64,000 nucleotides of DNA, taken from assembly GCA_963762375.1 (NCBI GenBank), contig CAVXKP010000006.1:27-64026 (forward strand). Reading direction: 5' to 3'. The position numbers were made by a program, and so were the translations under genes. This stretch comes from an uncultured Acidobacteriaceae bacterium. GTDB taxonomy: Bacteria > Acidobacteriota > Terriglobia > Terriglobales > Acidobacteriaceae. The notes beneath the pieces are model-generated. The model had not been told where the DNA came from, made no database searches, and saw only the letters and a program-made list of their open reading frames with translations. Positions 41,885 through 51,052 of this stretch are shown in pieces (positions within the stretch are counted from its first letter, which is position 1; every line of letters begins with the position of its first letter).

Positions 41885-42526
41885 CTACGCCCGCCCCTCC
41901 CGCCGCTGCGCCACCACCAGCCCCCGTGGCGTCGGCAGAAACACGCACGACAACAACCCCTCCGCCTCCAGCTTGATCGCCGCCTCCCGCACCGTCTTCA
42001 GATGCGAGCTCGCATCATGCATCAGCACCAGCCCCGTCGGCCGCACCTGCGGCAGAAACCTTCGCACCTCCGCCTCCCGTATCTCCGGATCGGAGTCCAC
42101 AAACAAAATATCAATCGTCCCCTCCACCGTCATCTCCAGCGACGACTCATTCCTCAGCTCAATCAACCCCGCCAGCGCATGCCCCTCGATCTTCTCCTTC
42201 GCCGCCGCAAACACCTTCGGGTCGAACTCGCACGAGATGATCTTCCCAAACCCATTCGCCTTCATCCCCTCCGCCATCCACAGCGTCGACACGCCCAGAA
42301 ACGATCCCGTCTCCACCACCAGCTCCGGCTTCACCGTCGTCACCAGCGTGCGCAGAAACTCCAGCACCTCCGCCTCCGCCGTCATCGAGTCATACATGCT
42401 CCACCGCTCCGGATGCCGGCACTCCGGCGTCGCCCGGTGATACTCCGGCAGCAGCTTCCCGCCCGCCCGCTCCGCCTGCAGCATGATCTTGTGTTCCTGC
42501 TTGATCTTCTTCCTGAACAATCCCAT
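41885..42526 (-). CDS. class I SAM-dependent O-methyltransferase
   Basis: VVETGSFLGVS, IDILFVDS, GLVLMHD, PTPRGL. Confidence 0.85.
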   Translation of the reverse strand: MGLFRKKIKQEHKIMLQAERAGGKLLPEYHRATPECRHPERWSMYDSMTAEAEVLEFLRTLVTTVKPELVVETGSFLGVSTLWMAEGMKANGFGKIISCEFDPKVFAAAKEKIEGHALAGLIELRNESSLEMTVEGTIDILFVDSDPEIREAEVRRFLPQVRPTGLVLMHDASSHLKTVREAAIKLEAEGLLSCVFLPTPRGLVVAQRREGRA

Positions 42527-42570
42527 CTCGCCCTTCTACACTCCCATCCATCTCGCTCGATTCAACTCGA

Positions 42571-43266
42571 TCAACGCCCCGCCAGCGCATCCTCCACCAC
42601 CTGCGCCGCCCGCTCCACATCCGCCGCATGCACCCAGATCGCGACCGTCTCCTCATCCGGCAGCTCGCTCCCCGCGTCGCGTCCATCGCGCCACAGATAC
42701 GTCATGCCCGCCTCTCCCAACGCCCTCGCCGCATCCAGCGCATCCCCGCGCTCATACATCGACAGCACCACCATCCCCTCGCCAACCTCCGGCGCATCCT
42801 CCCCCTCCGCCTCCGGATACAGTCCCAGCTTCTCCTTCAGCACCTCATTCGCCGCCGCCAGATCCGCCCGCGCCACCACCAATCCCAAATCCAGTCCCAG
42901 CGGATGCGGCGGCCTCTCCGGCTGCACCACATGCCAGTCCAGCATCCGATGCTCAATCCCCGCCTCGGTCATCGTCCGCATCGCCTCGCGCGCCTGGAAC
43001 GCATCATGGAACAGATACGCCAGCACCTCACCCGTGCCCACCGCATCGTCCCCCTCGTCCCCCTCGTCATCGCTCACCGCAAACTCCGGCTGCTGCGCCC
43101 CGAACGCAGGCTGCGGATGCAGCCCCCGCGCACGCATCACCCCCGCCAGCGCCTGCTGCGCCAGCTCCGTCAACCCATCGCGCCGGTCATAAAGATCCAG
43201 CAGCTCCCCATCGCTCTTCTCTGCATAGAGCGCGCCTAGCTTCTCCAGTTGTCCATCAAGACTCAT
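42571..43266 (-). CDS. hypothetical protein with two DUF2007-like (GlnB-like) repeats
   Basis: YAEKSDGEL.. N-terminus; two A...L.EAG[I/M]...V...D...A units. Confidence 0.6.
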   Translation of the reverse strand: MSLDGQLEKLGALYAEKSDGELLDLYDRRDGLTELAQQALAGVMRARGLHPQPAFGAQQPEFAVSDDEGDEGDDAVGTGEVLAYLFHDAFQAREAMRTMTEAGIEHRMLDWHVVQPERPPHPLGLDLGLVVARADLAAANEVLKEKLGLYPEAEGEDAPEVGEGMVVLSMYERGDALDAARALGEAGMTYLWRDGRDAGSELPDEETVAIWVHAADVERAAQVVEDALAGR

Positions 43267-43366
43267 CAGCGTGAGCCTACCACCCACACACCCGCGCGCC
43301 CAAACTCCCCCCCAACAGCAACGGGCTCCCGGAATCTCCGGAAGCCCGCTCCACAAACACGATCGC

Positions 43367-43753
43367 TTACGCCGCCTCGTGCTTGTGCTGGAAGATATGC
43401 TCAAACGCCGCGCGATAGCTCCAGAACGTCAGCAGCCAAAGGATCACCACCACCGAAGCGATCGGCAATCCGCTCGGCTCCATCGTCGCGTGAAACAGCG
43501 CGATGTTCACCACCAGCGGCCCCAGCAGCACCAGCGCCAGCGGAACATACCGTCCCACCAGCAGCAGGATCCCCGGAATCAGCTCCAGCAGAAACACCAC
43601 CACCAGGATGTGCGACACAAACAGCGCGCCCATGAACTGTCCAGCAATGCCCGCAGGCGGCGGCATCGGAATAAAGTGCAGGAAGCCATTGGCTCCAAAC
43701 ACCACGAAGATCAACCCTAACAAGTACCGCGCAATCAAACCAACAACTCGCAT
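43367..43753 (-). CDS. DoxX-like membrane protein
   Basis: RYLLGLIFVVFGANGFLHF...LGPLVVNIALFH. Confidence 0.8.
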   Translation of the reverse strand: MRVVGLIARYLLGLIFVVFGANGFLHFIPMPPPAGIAGQFMGALFVSHILVVVFLLELIPGILLLVGRYVPLALVLLGPLVVNIALFHATMEPSGLPIASVVVILWLLTFWSYRAAFEHIFQHKHEAA

Positions 43754-43814
43754 CGAAGTTTCCTTTCCAATCGAAGATTCACGCGAGCCCCAACAGCGCT
43801 CGCGTTCACAGCAA

Positions 43815-44444
43815 CTACGCCCGCGCCGCAACCAGCGCCGCAACCGCTTCCTCGTGCGGCTGCAGAAACTCCGCCCGGTCCGCGCCGTAATTCAGCACCG
43901 CCGCTCCGCCCGCCGTGTGGAACACCACATCCGTGATCCCGATAAACCCGAACACCGTCTTCAGGTGCGGCTCAATCAAATTCAACGACTCCAGCGCCGT
44001 CCCCGGACCATACGCCCCGCCCGTCGCCACCAGGAACGTCGCCTTCTTCCCCGCCAGCAAACCCTTCGGCCGCTCATCCACGTACGCAAACGTCCTGCCC
44101 ACGCGAATCACCTGGTCCAGCCACAGCCGCAGCACACTCGGAATGCTGAAGTTGTGCATCGCCACGCCAATCGCCAGCTCATCAGCCGCGTCGATCTCGG
44201 CCAGCAGCTCGTCCGACGTCGCCAGCACCGCCTTCTGCTCCGCCGTCCGCGACTCCGCCGGCGTATACGCCGCCGCTACCCACTCCGCCGTAATCGGCGT
44301 CAATCCGCTCTTGGTCACGTCGCGCGTCAGCACCGTCCCGCCCGGATGAGCCTTCTTCCAGTTCTCCACAAACGCGTTCGACAGGTGGCGGGAAACCGAT
44401 GCCGCCCCCATAGGACTCGAATCGATATGTAATAGGGTAGCCAT
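43815..44444 (-). CDS. azoR: FMN-dependent NADH-azoreductase
   Basis: LLHIDSSP..SVSR, AMHNFSIPSVL, GRTF.Y, FGFIGIT. Confidence 0.9.
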   Translation of the reverse strand: MATLLHIDSSPMGAASVSRHLSNAFVENWKKAHPGGTVLTRDVTKSGLTPITAEWVAAAYTPAESRTAEQKAVLATSDELLAEIDAADELAIGVAMHNFSIPSVLRLWLDQVIRVGRTFAYVDERPKGLLAGKKATFLVATGGAYGPGTALESLNLIEPHLKTVFGFIGITDVVFHTAGGAAVLNYGADRAEFLQPHEEAVAALVAARA

Positions 44445-44462
44445 TGGGTGAATCTCCTTTGC

Positions 44463-44521
44463 AACAATTGATGTCTAAACAACAGGTGTAGATTCAAGAA
44501 AAACACGACACCTGTCGTTTA
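44463..44521. promoter_or_regulatory. putative TetR operators in the divergent azoR/tetR spacer
   Basis: TAAACAACAGGTGT (44476-44489) and ACACCTGTCGTTTA (44508-44521) are inverted; ACGACA-cc-TGTCGT is a palindrome. Confidence 0.6.
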
Positions 44522-44559
44522 AGCAACAGCGCCCCGTGAATTTTTAGTACCCTCTCCTT

Positions 44560-45276
44560 ATGGCCACCCCCTCCGCCATCCCCGAAGACCCCATCGCAGG
44601 CGCCGATCCGGCCCCCGATCCGGCCCTTCCGGCCGATCCCTCCCACCCCGCCGATGCTGCATCTTCCCCCGTAGAATCTGCGTCTTGCGAACACCAGGAC
44701 CCGCGCGTCCGCCGCACCCGCCAGCTCCTCCAGCAGGCCCTCGCCGACCTCCTCCACACCCGCGACTTCGACAAGCTCTCCATCCACGAGATCACCGACG
44801 CCGCCGGCCTCAACCGCGCCACCTTCTACGCCCACTACCCCGACAAGTTCGCTCTCCTCGAGTGCATGGTCGCCGGCCGCTTCCACGCCCTCCTCGACGA
44901 GCGCGGCGTCGTCTTCAACGGCACCTGTACCAACGCCCTCCAGGGCATCGTCCTTGGCGTCTGCGACTTCCTCGCCCAAACCCTCAGCCAGCTCGCCGGA
45001 ACCCCCTGCGCCGCCGCCAACCAGATGCCCCCGCACATGGAATCGGCCATCATCGCCGTCGTCCGCGGCATGCTCCTCGACGGCATCCGCAACCACCCTC
45101 CCGCCAGCCCCGCCCCGCCCGCCGCCTCACCCGAGCTGCTCGCCTCGGCCGCCAGCTGGGCCATCTACGGCGCCGCCCGCGAGTGGGTCCGCACCCCCGA
45201 CCGCATCCCCTCCGAAGAGATCGCCGCCACCATCCAGCGCCTCATCGTCCCCATCCTCCACCCACCCTCCGCCTAG
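44560..45276 (+). CDS. TetR/AcrR family regulator
   Basis: DPRVRRTR...EITDAAGLNRATFYAHYPDK. Confidence 0.92.
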   Translation: MATPSAIPEDPIAGADPAPDPALPADPSHPADAASSPVESASCEHQDPRVRRTRQLLQQALADLLHTRDFDKLSIHEITDAAGLNRATFYAHYPDKFALLECMVAGRFHALLDERGVVFNGTCTNALQGIVLGVCDFLAQTLSQLAGTPCAAANQMPPHMESAIIAVVRGMLLDGIRNHPPASPAPPAASPELLASAASWAIYGAAREWVRTPDRIPSEEIAATIQRLIVPILHPPSA

Positions 45277-45283
45277 CCATCCA

Positions 45284-46540
45284 CTACTTCAGCAGGTCAT
45301 TCATATTCACACCCGGCTTCCCGCCCTTCGACGGCTGCAGCGCAACATTCAATCCCACCACATCGGTATCCCCCACCACCACGCTCTGCTTCCCATCCTC
45401 ATAGCTGCGCACGGTCTCCGGCATCGTGAACCGCACAATCCCCGTCGGCCTGTTCTTCGACGGCTCCGTATCGGCCCCTCCCGTCACCGCCAGGTTGTAC
45501 GTCCCCGCCGGAACGAACCCCACCGTAAAGTTCCCGCTCGCATCCACCGCCGCGCCCCGCACCAGGTCTTTATCGCTGGCGTCGGTCAGCTCCACGCTCC
45601 CCGAATTAATCCCGTGCCCATCCTCGGCCGACACCACCCGTCCGCTCACCGAGTGCGTTCCCGTCAGGTTGATCGTGACGTCCTCGCCGCTCTGCTCCTG
45701 GCCCGCCGCCAGGGTCAACGCCTTCGCTCCACTCTTGTGAAATGATCCTGGAGCATAGGCCACCAGCGGCTTATCCGCGCCCAGCCCTGCCATGTTCATC
45801 ACCCCGCGCTGCATCGCAAAACTCGTGTGCACCGTCAGCGTCGCCTTCACCACGTACTCTCCCGGCGCCAGTCCCGCAATCCGATACTGTCCCAAATCAT
45901 CCGAGAACGACATCACCCCACTCCCACCCAGCCCGCCCGCAATGCCCAGCATCGCAAACCCCGGCGGCAGCTTCTTGTCGCTCGCCTTCGTCGACACCAC
46001 CGACACCATCGCTCGCGACGCCGGGCTTCCATCATCCCACAACACATGCCCCGTCACCGCGCCACCGCGCTCCACCGTAATATCCTCCTGCGCCCCACCC
46101 TCCCCCGACACATGCACCACCGGAACTCCCGGCAGCGGCTTCGTCATATCCGCTCCCGCGTCCATCGCCGCCTGCACCATCGCCGACGGCTGCACATACC
46201 CCGGCACCGACGCGAACACGTAATAGTCCCCCGGCGCTACATTCGCCGCCGTATAGCTTCCATCCATCCCCGTCTGCGTCTGCACCACGTTCACGCTGTC
46301 CATCGCGGAGTTCATCGCCGCCTTGAGCGTCGCCGCATCCGCATTCGGACTCGGCGGAGTCTGCGGCATCCCCTTCGGCACCCCCAGCAGCATCACCCCC
46401 GCAAACCTCGCCGGCCGCTGCGTATCCCCGCACGTCACATGCCCGGAGACCGACCCCGCCTGCTGCGCCGCCAAGGGTCCTGCCACCACCATCGCCGCCA
46501 CCACCCACCCGCACACACCACACATTCTCTGGACGCTCAT
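45284..46540 (-). CDS. secreted carboxypeptidase-regulatory-like (tandem beta-sandwich) protein
   Basis: Signal peptide; GSVSGHVTCGDTQRPARFA; repeated G.V.G.V...DG.Y....PG.Y units. In frame with tgt in this assembly. Confidence 0.7.
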   Translation of the reverse strand: MSVQRMCGVCGWVVAAMVVAGPLAAQQAGSVSGHVTCGDTQRPARFAGVMLLGVPKGMPQTPPSPNADAATLKAAMNSAMDSVNVVQTQTGMDGSYTAANVAPGDYYVFASVPGYVQPSAMVQAAMDAGADMTKPLPGVPVVHVSGEGGAQEDITVERGGAVTGHVLWDDGSPASRAMVSVVSTKASDKKLPPGFAMLGIAGGLGGSGVMSFSDDLGQYRIAGLAPGEYVVKATLTVHTSFAMQRGVMNMAGLGADKPLVAYAPGSFHKSGAKALTLAAGQEQSGEDVTINLTGTHSVSGRVVSAEDGHGINSGSVELTDASDKDLVRGAAVDASGNFTVGFVPAGTYNLAVTGGADTEPSKNRPTGIVRFTMPETVRSYEDGKQSVVVGDTDVVGLNVALQPSKGGKPGVNMNDLLK

Positions 46541-46609
46541 CGTGCGTCCAGTATCCTTCACAGCCCATCGCCCCGCGAACAAAAATTCCGCGAATCGCAA
46601 CGGCCCCGG

Positions 46610-47908
46610 CCTATCGTTCCCCTCTTGCCGCCCCGCCAGGTCCCCTCGCACCCTCTCCATCGTCTCCAGATAAAACGCCAGGTTATGAATCGAGTTCAGC
46701 GTAGCCCCCAGCTGCTCCCCACTCGAAACCAAATGCCGCAGATACCCCCGCGAATACCGCTGACACACCATGCACGCGCACCCCTCATCCAACGGCCGCT
46801 GGTCTTCTGCATTCTCGAGCTTCTTCACATTCAACCGCACCACCGGGCTTCTCCGGTCCTTCGGATCCGACCGCACGAACACCAGCCCATGCCGTCCCGC
46901 CCGCGTCGGCAGCACGCAATCCATCATGTCCACACCCATCCGCGCATACTCTTCAATCTCATCCGGATACCCCACCCCCATCACATACCGCGGCTTATCC
47001 TTGGGCAGAAACTCCAGCGTCCGCGCAATCATCTCCCGCGTCACCTCGCGAGGCTCCCCCACCGCCAGCCCCCCAATCGCATACCCCGGCAGATCCATCG
47101 CCACCAGCCGCTCCGCCGACTCCCTCCGCAGGTCCGCATACATCCCACCCTGCACAATCCCAAACAGGCTCTGATGCTTCCCCGCAGACTCATCACCGGG
47201 TGCCCCAGAGCCTGCCCTGAGCCTGCCGAAGGGTCTCGCTTCTGAGACCTGGGTCTGCCACGGCACCTCCTCCCGATGCTCCACCCAATACCGCTTCGAC
47301 CGCTCCGCCCACGCATGCGTCAGCGCCATCGAATCGCGCGTCCGCTCCCAGCTCGCCGGCGTCTCCACGCACTCATCGAAGACCATCATCACGTCCGCGC
47401 CCAGCGCAATCTGCACCGCCATCGAGTGCTCCGGCGAAAAGAAGTGCTTGCTCCCATCCAGGTGCGACCGGAACTCCACCCCATCCGCCGTAATCTTCCT
47501 CAGCTTCGCCAGCGAGAACACCTGGAACCCGCCCGAGTCCGTCAGCATCGGCCGCTCCCAGCTCATAAACCGATGCACGCCCCCCATCCTCCGGATCAGC
47601 TCATGCCCCGGCCGCAGATACAGGTGATACGTATTCGCCAGAATAATCTCCGCCCCCCGCCCCGCTTCGACCCCACACTCCGGGTGCCCCAGAGCCTGCC
47701 CTGAGCCTGCCGAAGGGTCTCGCTTTTGAGACATGGGTCTTGCAACGCTCCCAATCCTCTCCAGCACTCCCTGCTCGACAGCCTTCACCGTCGCCGCCGT
47801 TCCCACCGGCATAAACACCGGCGTCTGCACCACTCCATGCGGCAGCACCAGCTCCGCCCGTCGACCACCCTCCGCGCTCGTCGCGGCTACCTTAAACAAA
47901 AGAGACAT
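46610..47908 (-). CDS. tgt: tRNA-guanine transglycosylase with two REP-derived in-frame insertions (3' end approximate)
   Basis: TPVFMPVGT, NTYHL, DSGGFQ, GIVQGG, GGLAVGE, MGVG, DCVLPTR and the CACMVC...HN zinc site. Confidence 0.95.
47198..47254 (+). repeat. nested REP-like element (57 bp) inside tgt
   Basis: gggtgccccag[agcctgccctgagcctgccgaagg]gtctcgcttctgagacctgggt. Confidence 0.9.
47682..47738 (+). repeat. nested REP-like element (57 bp) inside tgt
   Basis: Differs from the 47198 copy at only 2 positions. Confidence 0.9.
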
Positions 47909-47937
47909 CGCCCTTCATTGTAGAAGGGCGATGTCTC
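47894..47937 (-). terminator. terminator hairpin overlapping the tgt start codon
   Basis: Minus strand GAGACATCGCCCTTC-TACAAT-GAAGGGCGATGTCTC-TTTTGTTT. Confidence 0.7.
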
Positions 47938-47968
47938 CACGCTCGATCTTCCCTCCCATCACCGGCCA

Positions 47969-48970
47969 TCACTGGTGCGGATTCGACGGCGGAGGAGGAG
48001 GCGTCGGCGGGTCAGGCGGCTCCTGCATATTCATGTTGCCCATGTGCATGTGGCCCATCTTGCCCAGGTCCGCCAGCGACCCCTTCCCGCTCATGTGAAT
48101 GAACGTCAGCTCCTTCGGCTCCACCGTCAGGATCACCATCTCATTGCCCTCCCCGTTCGGCAGCGGCCGGTTGCAGATATCCGTCGACTCGCCCGTCTTG
48201 CTCTCTTCCGTGTGGATGAAGCAGTTCCAGTTCCCCGCCTTCAGCTTCTGCCGATACACATCCACATCCGCCAGGTTATACATCCCCGCCCGCGGATACT
48301 CATACGTCCGCACCACCATGAAGTTCAGCTTGTGCGCCATATCGCCGCCATGCTTCCCGCTCACCATCCCCAGCATGTCCGGACCCAGGTTCACGCTCGT
48401 CACATCGCTCGCTCCCTTGGCGAACTTCTCCGTGCCATCGAACAAATCATCCTTCACCTGCGGATCGCCGATCGACACCATCCCCCCATCCTGCAGCACC
48501 ACGCTCCGCGCCAGCATCTGCGCCTGCAGCGCCGCTCCCCGCGCCATCATCTCCGCCTGCAGTGGAGCCATCATCATCTCCAGCTTCGCCTCCATGGGCG
48601 CCAGCTGGGTTTGGATCTGCGCCTGCAGCGGCGCCATCTGTGCCGCCATCTGTGCCTGCTGCGCCGCCAGCTTCGCCTGCAGCGGTGCCATCTGGGCCGC
48701 CTGTGCCGCCATCTGCGGAGCCATCCGGCTCATCTCTTCCTGGATCCTCGCCGCCTGCGCCTGCGCACTCGCCGAAGCCTGCGCGGCCTGTTGCGCCGCC
48801 CGCGCTGCCTGCGCCTGGACCTGTGCCACCTGCGCCTCAACCGCCTGTGCCGCGTCCTCCCCCGCCGCCTGCGCGCCTGTCGTCTGCGCACCGGCCGCCG
48901 CCGCCGCGACCATCATCGCCGCAACGCCCGCAATCCTTCCCGCCCTCATCCATCCGCTCATCGTCTTCAT
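47969..48970 (-). CDS. DUF4252-like secreted protein with Q/A/M-rich coiled N-terminus
   Basis: Signal peptide; ASDVTSVNLGPDML, VRTYEY, EPKELTFIHMSG..SLADL. Confidence 0.75.
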   Translation of the reverse strand: MKTMSGWMRAGRIAGVAAMMVAAAAAGAQTTGAQAAGEDAAQAVEAQVAQVQAQAARAAQQAAQASASAQAQAARIQEEMSRMAPQMAAQAAQMAPLQAKLAAQQAQMAAQMAPLQAQIQTQLAPMEAKLEMMMAPLQAEMMARGAALQAQMLARSVVLQDGGMVSIGDPQVKDDLFDGTEKFAKGASDVTSVNLGPDMLGMVSGKHGGDMAHKLNFMVVRTYEYPRAGMYNLADVDVYRQKLKAGNWNCFIHTEESKTGESTDICNRPLPNGEGNEMVILTVEPKELTFIHMSGKGSLADLGKMGHMHMGNMNMQEPPDPPTPPPPPSNPHQ

Positions 48971-49012
48971 CTCAATCTCCTTCCGTTCCTGTTCCTCAAC
49001 TCGTGCGCAACC

Positions 49013-49456
49013 CTACTCCCCTAAATTCAAACCGGCCCGCTGCAACTGCTCCCGCGTCTGCGCCAGCGCATGATCGGTCACCTGCACCGCCACGGCAAAC
49101 TGCTGGTCCGCCAGCTGCCGCTCCCGCCGCTGATGCAACTGCTCGGCCCCAAACATTCCCAGCGCCAGCACCGCCGCAATCGCTCCGCCGGCCCACGCCT
49201 GCATCCGCCACAACCCACGCCGTCTTCGGAATACCACCACTCCGGGTGCCCCAGGTCTCGCTTCTGAGACCTGGGTGGAACCGGCAACCCCTCCTTCAGC
49301 GCTCGCCACCCGTCCCACCACCCGCTCCGCAAACCCCTCCGGCGCCTCCACGCGCTGCATCGCCCGCGCCAGCAGCAACTCGAACTCCGCCAGCTTCACA
49401 TCGGCCCCTTCCGGCACCAGCTCCGGTCCGTCCACTCGCTTCTCCTGTTCACTCAT
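49013..49456 (-). CDS. putative anti-sigma factor with an in-frame REP insertion
   Basis: Follows the ECF gene; EAPEGFAERV, single TM; TQVSEARPGAP encoded by the REP at 49244-49276. Confidence 0.7.
   Translation of the reverse strand: MSEQEKRVDGPELVPEGADVKLAEFELLLARAMQRVEAPEGFAERVVGRVASAEGGVAGSTQVSEARPGAPGVVVFRRRRGLWRMQAWAGGAIAAVLALGMFGAEQLHQRRERQLADQQFAVAVQVTDHALAQTREQLQRAGLNLGE
49244..49276 (+). repeat. 33 bp REP-like palindrome inside a CDS
   Basis: gggtgccccaggtctcgcttctgagacctgggt. Confidence 0.88.
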
Positions 49457-49998
49457 CGCACATACTCCTTCATCGTGACCGCGGCCTTCTTCCGCAACAA
49501 CTGCAAGCCGCGCTGCAGATGGCTCTTCACCGTCGCCACCGGTTGTCCCAGCAGCTTCGCAATCTCATCAGGAGACATCTCCTCCTGGTACCGCAACACC
49601 ACCGCCACCCGCAGCGCCTCCGGCAGCGCCTGCAGCAACTCCTCCAGCCTCGCCACCACCGCCGCATTCATCGCGCCGCCCATCCCGGCGCCATCCTCCA
49701 CCATCCCCGAATGCGCCTCATCCACCCACTCCTCGGCCGCCGCCTCCGGCCGCACCGCCTTGCGCCGCAGCGCGTCGGTCGCCCGATGCACCGTCACCCG
49801 CCGCAGCCAGAAGCGCACATGATCCTCGCTCTCCAGCTGCTCCACCGCCCGATACAGCTCCAGGAACGCATCCTGCGCCACCTCTTCGGCCGTCCCATAC
49901 TCGCCCGTGACGCGCAGCGCCAGCGAGAACACCATGCGTTGGTGTGTCTCCACCAGCCTTCGAAACTCCGCCGCTTCCATGGTCATCTGCGCGCTCAC
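49453..49998 (-). CDS. ECF RNA polymerase sigma factor
   Basis: AEEVAQDAF, WLRRV...DALRR, EIAKLLGQPVATVKSHLQRG. Confidence 0.92.
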   Translation of the reverse strand: MSAQMTMEAAEFRRLVETHQRMVFSLALRVTGEYGTAEEVAQDAFLELYRAVEQLESEDHVRFWLRRVTVHRATDALRRKAVRPEAAAEEWVDEAHSGMVEDGAGMGGAMNAAVVARLEELLQALPEALRVAVVLRYQEEMSPDEIAKLLGQPVATVKSHLQRGLQLLRKKAAVTMKEYVR

Positions 49999-50121
49999 TC
50001 ACCTATACGCACGCACAGGTCCATCGGAATGCAAAATCTTCCGCCCACCCGGAAAAATCTTCAACCCTTTCAATTGTCAGCAACTTCCGAGCACGCCCTC
50101 CCACCCAGACGCCGCTCCTAC

Positions 50122-51052
50122 TCATGCCGCCCCGGAAGGACTCCCGCCGTCTGTGCAGGACAACGCCTCGCCGTCCGCGCAGGACTCCGCCAGCGCCACC
50201 GCCTGCGCCACCGTCATCCCCGGCTGCAGATAATGAAACTCCGACCGCGTCACCTCTGTGTGTTTCCCCACCGCCTTGAACAGCAACGCCTTCCCCTGCA
50301 CATCCGTCAGCACATGCAGCGTCCGCCAGTGCCCATCCTCATCCCCCCGCTCGCTGCTGAAGTGGCTCCCCGCCTTCACCGTCGCCACCAGCCCAAACCC
50401 AATCGACACATCCTGCGGCAGCGTCCCGTCCACATGCATCAGCCGCTCCTCGCCGCGTCAATCTTCACCGTCCCGCTCATCGCCGCCAGCACCCGCTCCT
50501 CAATCCCGTGCGGCGAATACTCCGGGTTCGGATGAAACTCCATCGTCCACACCCCATCCTGCAGCCGCACATGATCGAACACGAACGCCTTCGGCAGCAG
50601 GTCCAGCATCTTCCGCGCCTGCGCCTCATCATCCTTCTGCGCCCGCTCCCGCGCCAGGAACGCCTCCGGATCGGCCACAATCGCCGCCAGCCGTCCCCGC
50701 TCCGCGCCCTCCTGCTCCGCCGTCAGCGGCTTCCCGTCCACCGCCAGCAAAAACCTCACCCTCCCAAACGACGTCTCCACCACCCGCTCCGTCCACACAT
50801 GCCCACCCGTCCGCTCCGACCGCTCCTTGGACAAAAACTCATACGTGTCGCGATGCGCGTGTCGTATCATCCTCGTGCGCAATCATCGCGCTCACCACCT
50901 GCAGCGGCGTCGGCGGAGCAGCGCTCATCATCGCCGTCTGCCCCATCAGCCCGGCACCCGGAAACATCACCGCCATCACCAACAACCGCCACCCTTATGC
51001 TTCCACCAACCCGAACAGCTCCTTCGACCAAGCAGGAATCTCCTAACGTCAT
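50122..51052 (-). CDS. conserved hypothetical secreted protein; two frameshifts (~50440, ~50870)
   Basis: Consecutive frames: WTERVVET..GR, LLPKAF.F, FHPNPEY, DVSIGFGL..TVKAG, G.ALLFK. Confidence 0.6.

Noticed and set aside
47198..47738. Inteins or introns in tgt
   Set aside because: The insertions are far too short and lack Cys/Ser...His-Asn intein ends or group I/II cores; they match the dispersed REP instead.
45284..47908. 874 aa Tgt-secreted protein fusion in the ORF track
   Set aside because: The downstream half has its own ATG and signal peptide. A TAG lies one base out of frame after a G run near 46612, and single-base indels are common in this assembly, so this is most likely an artefact. 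Read mapping would settle it.
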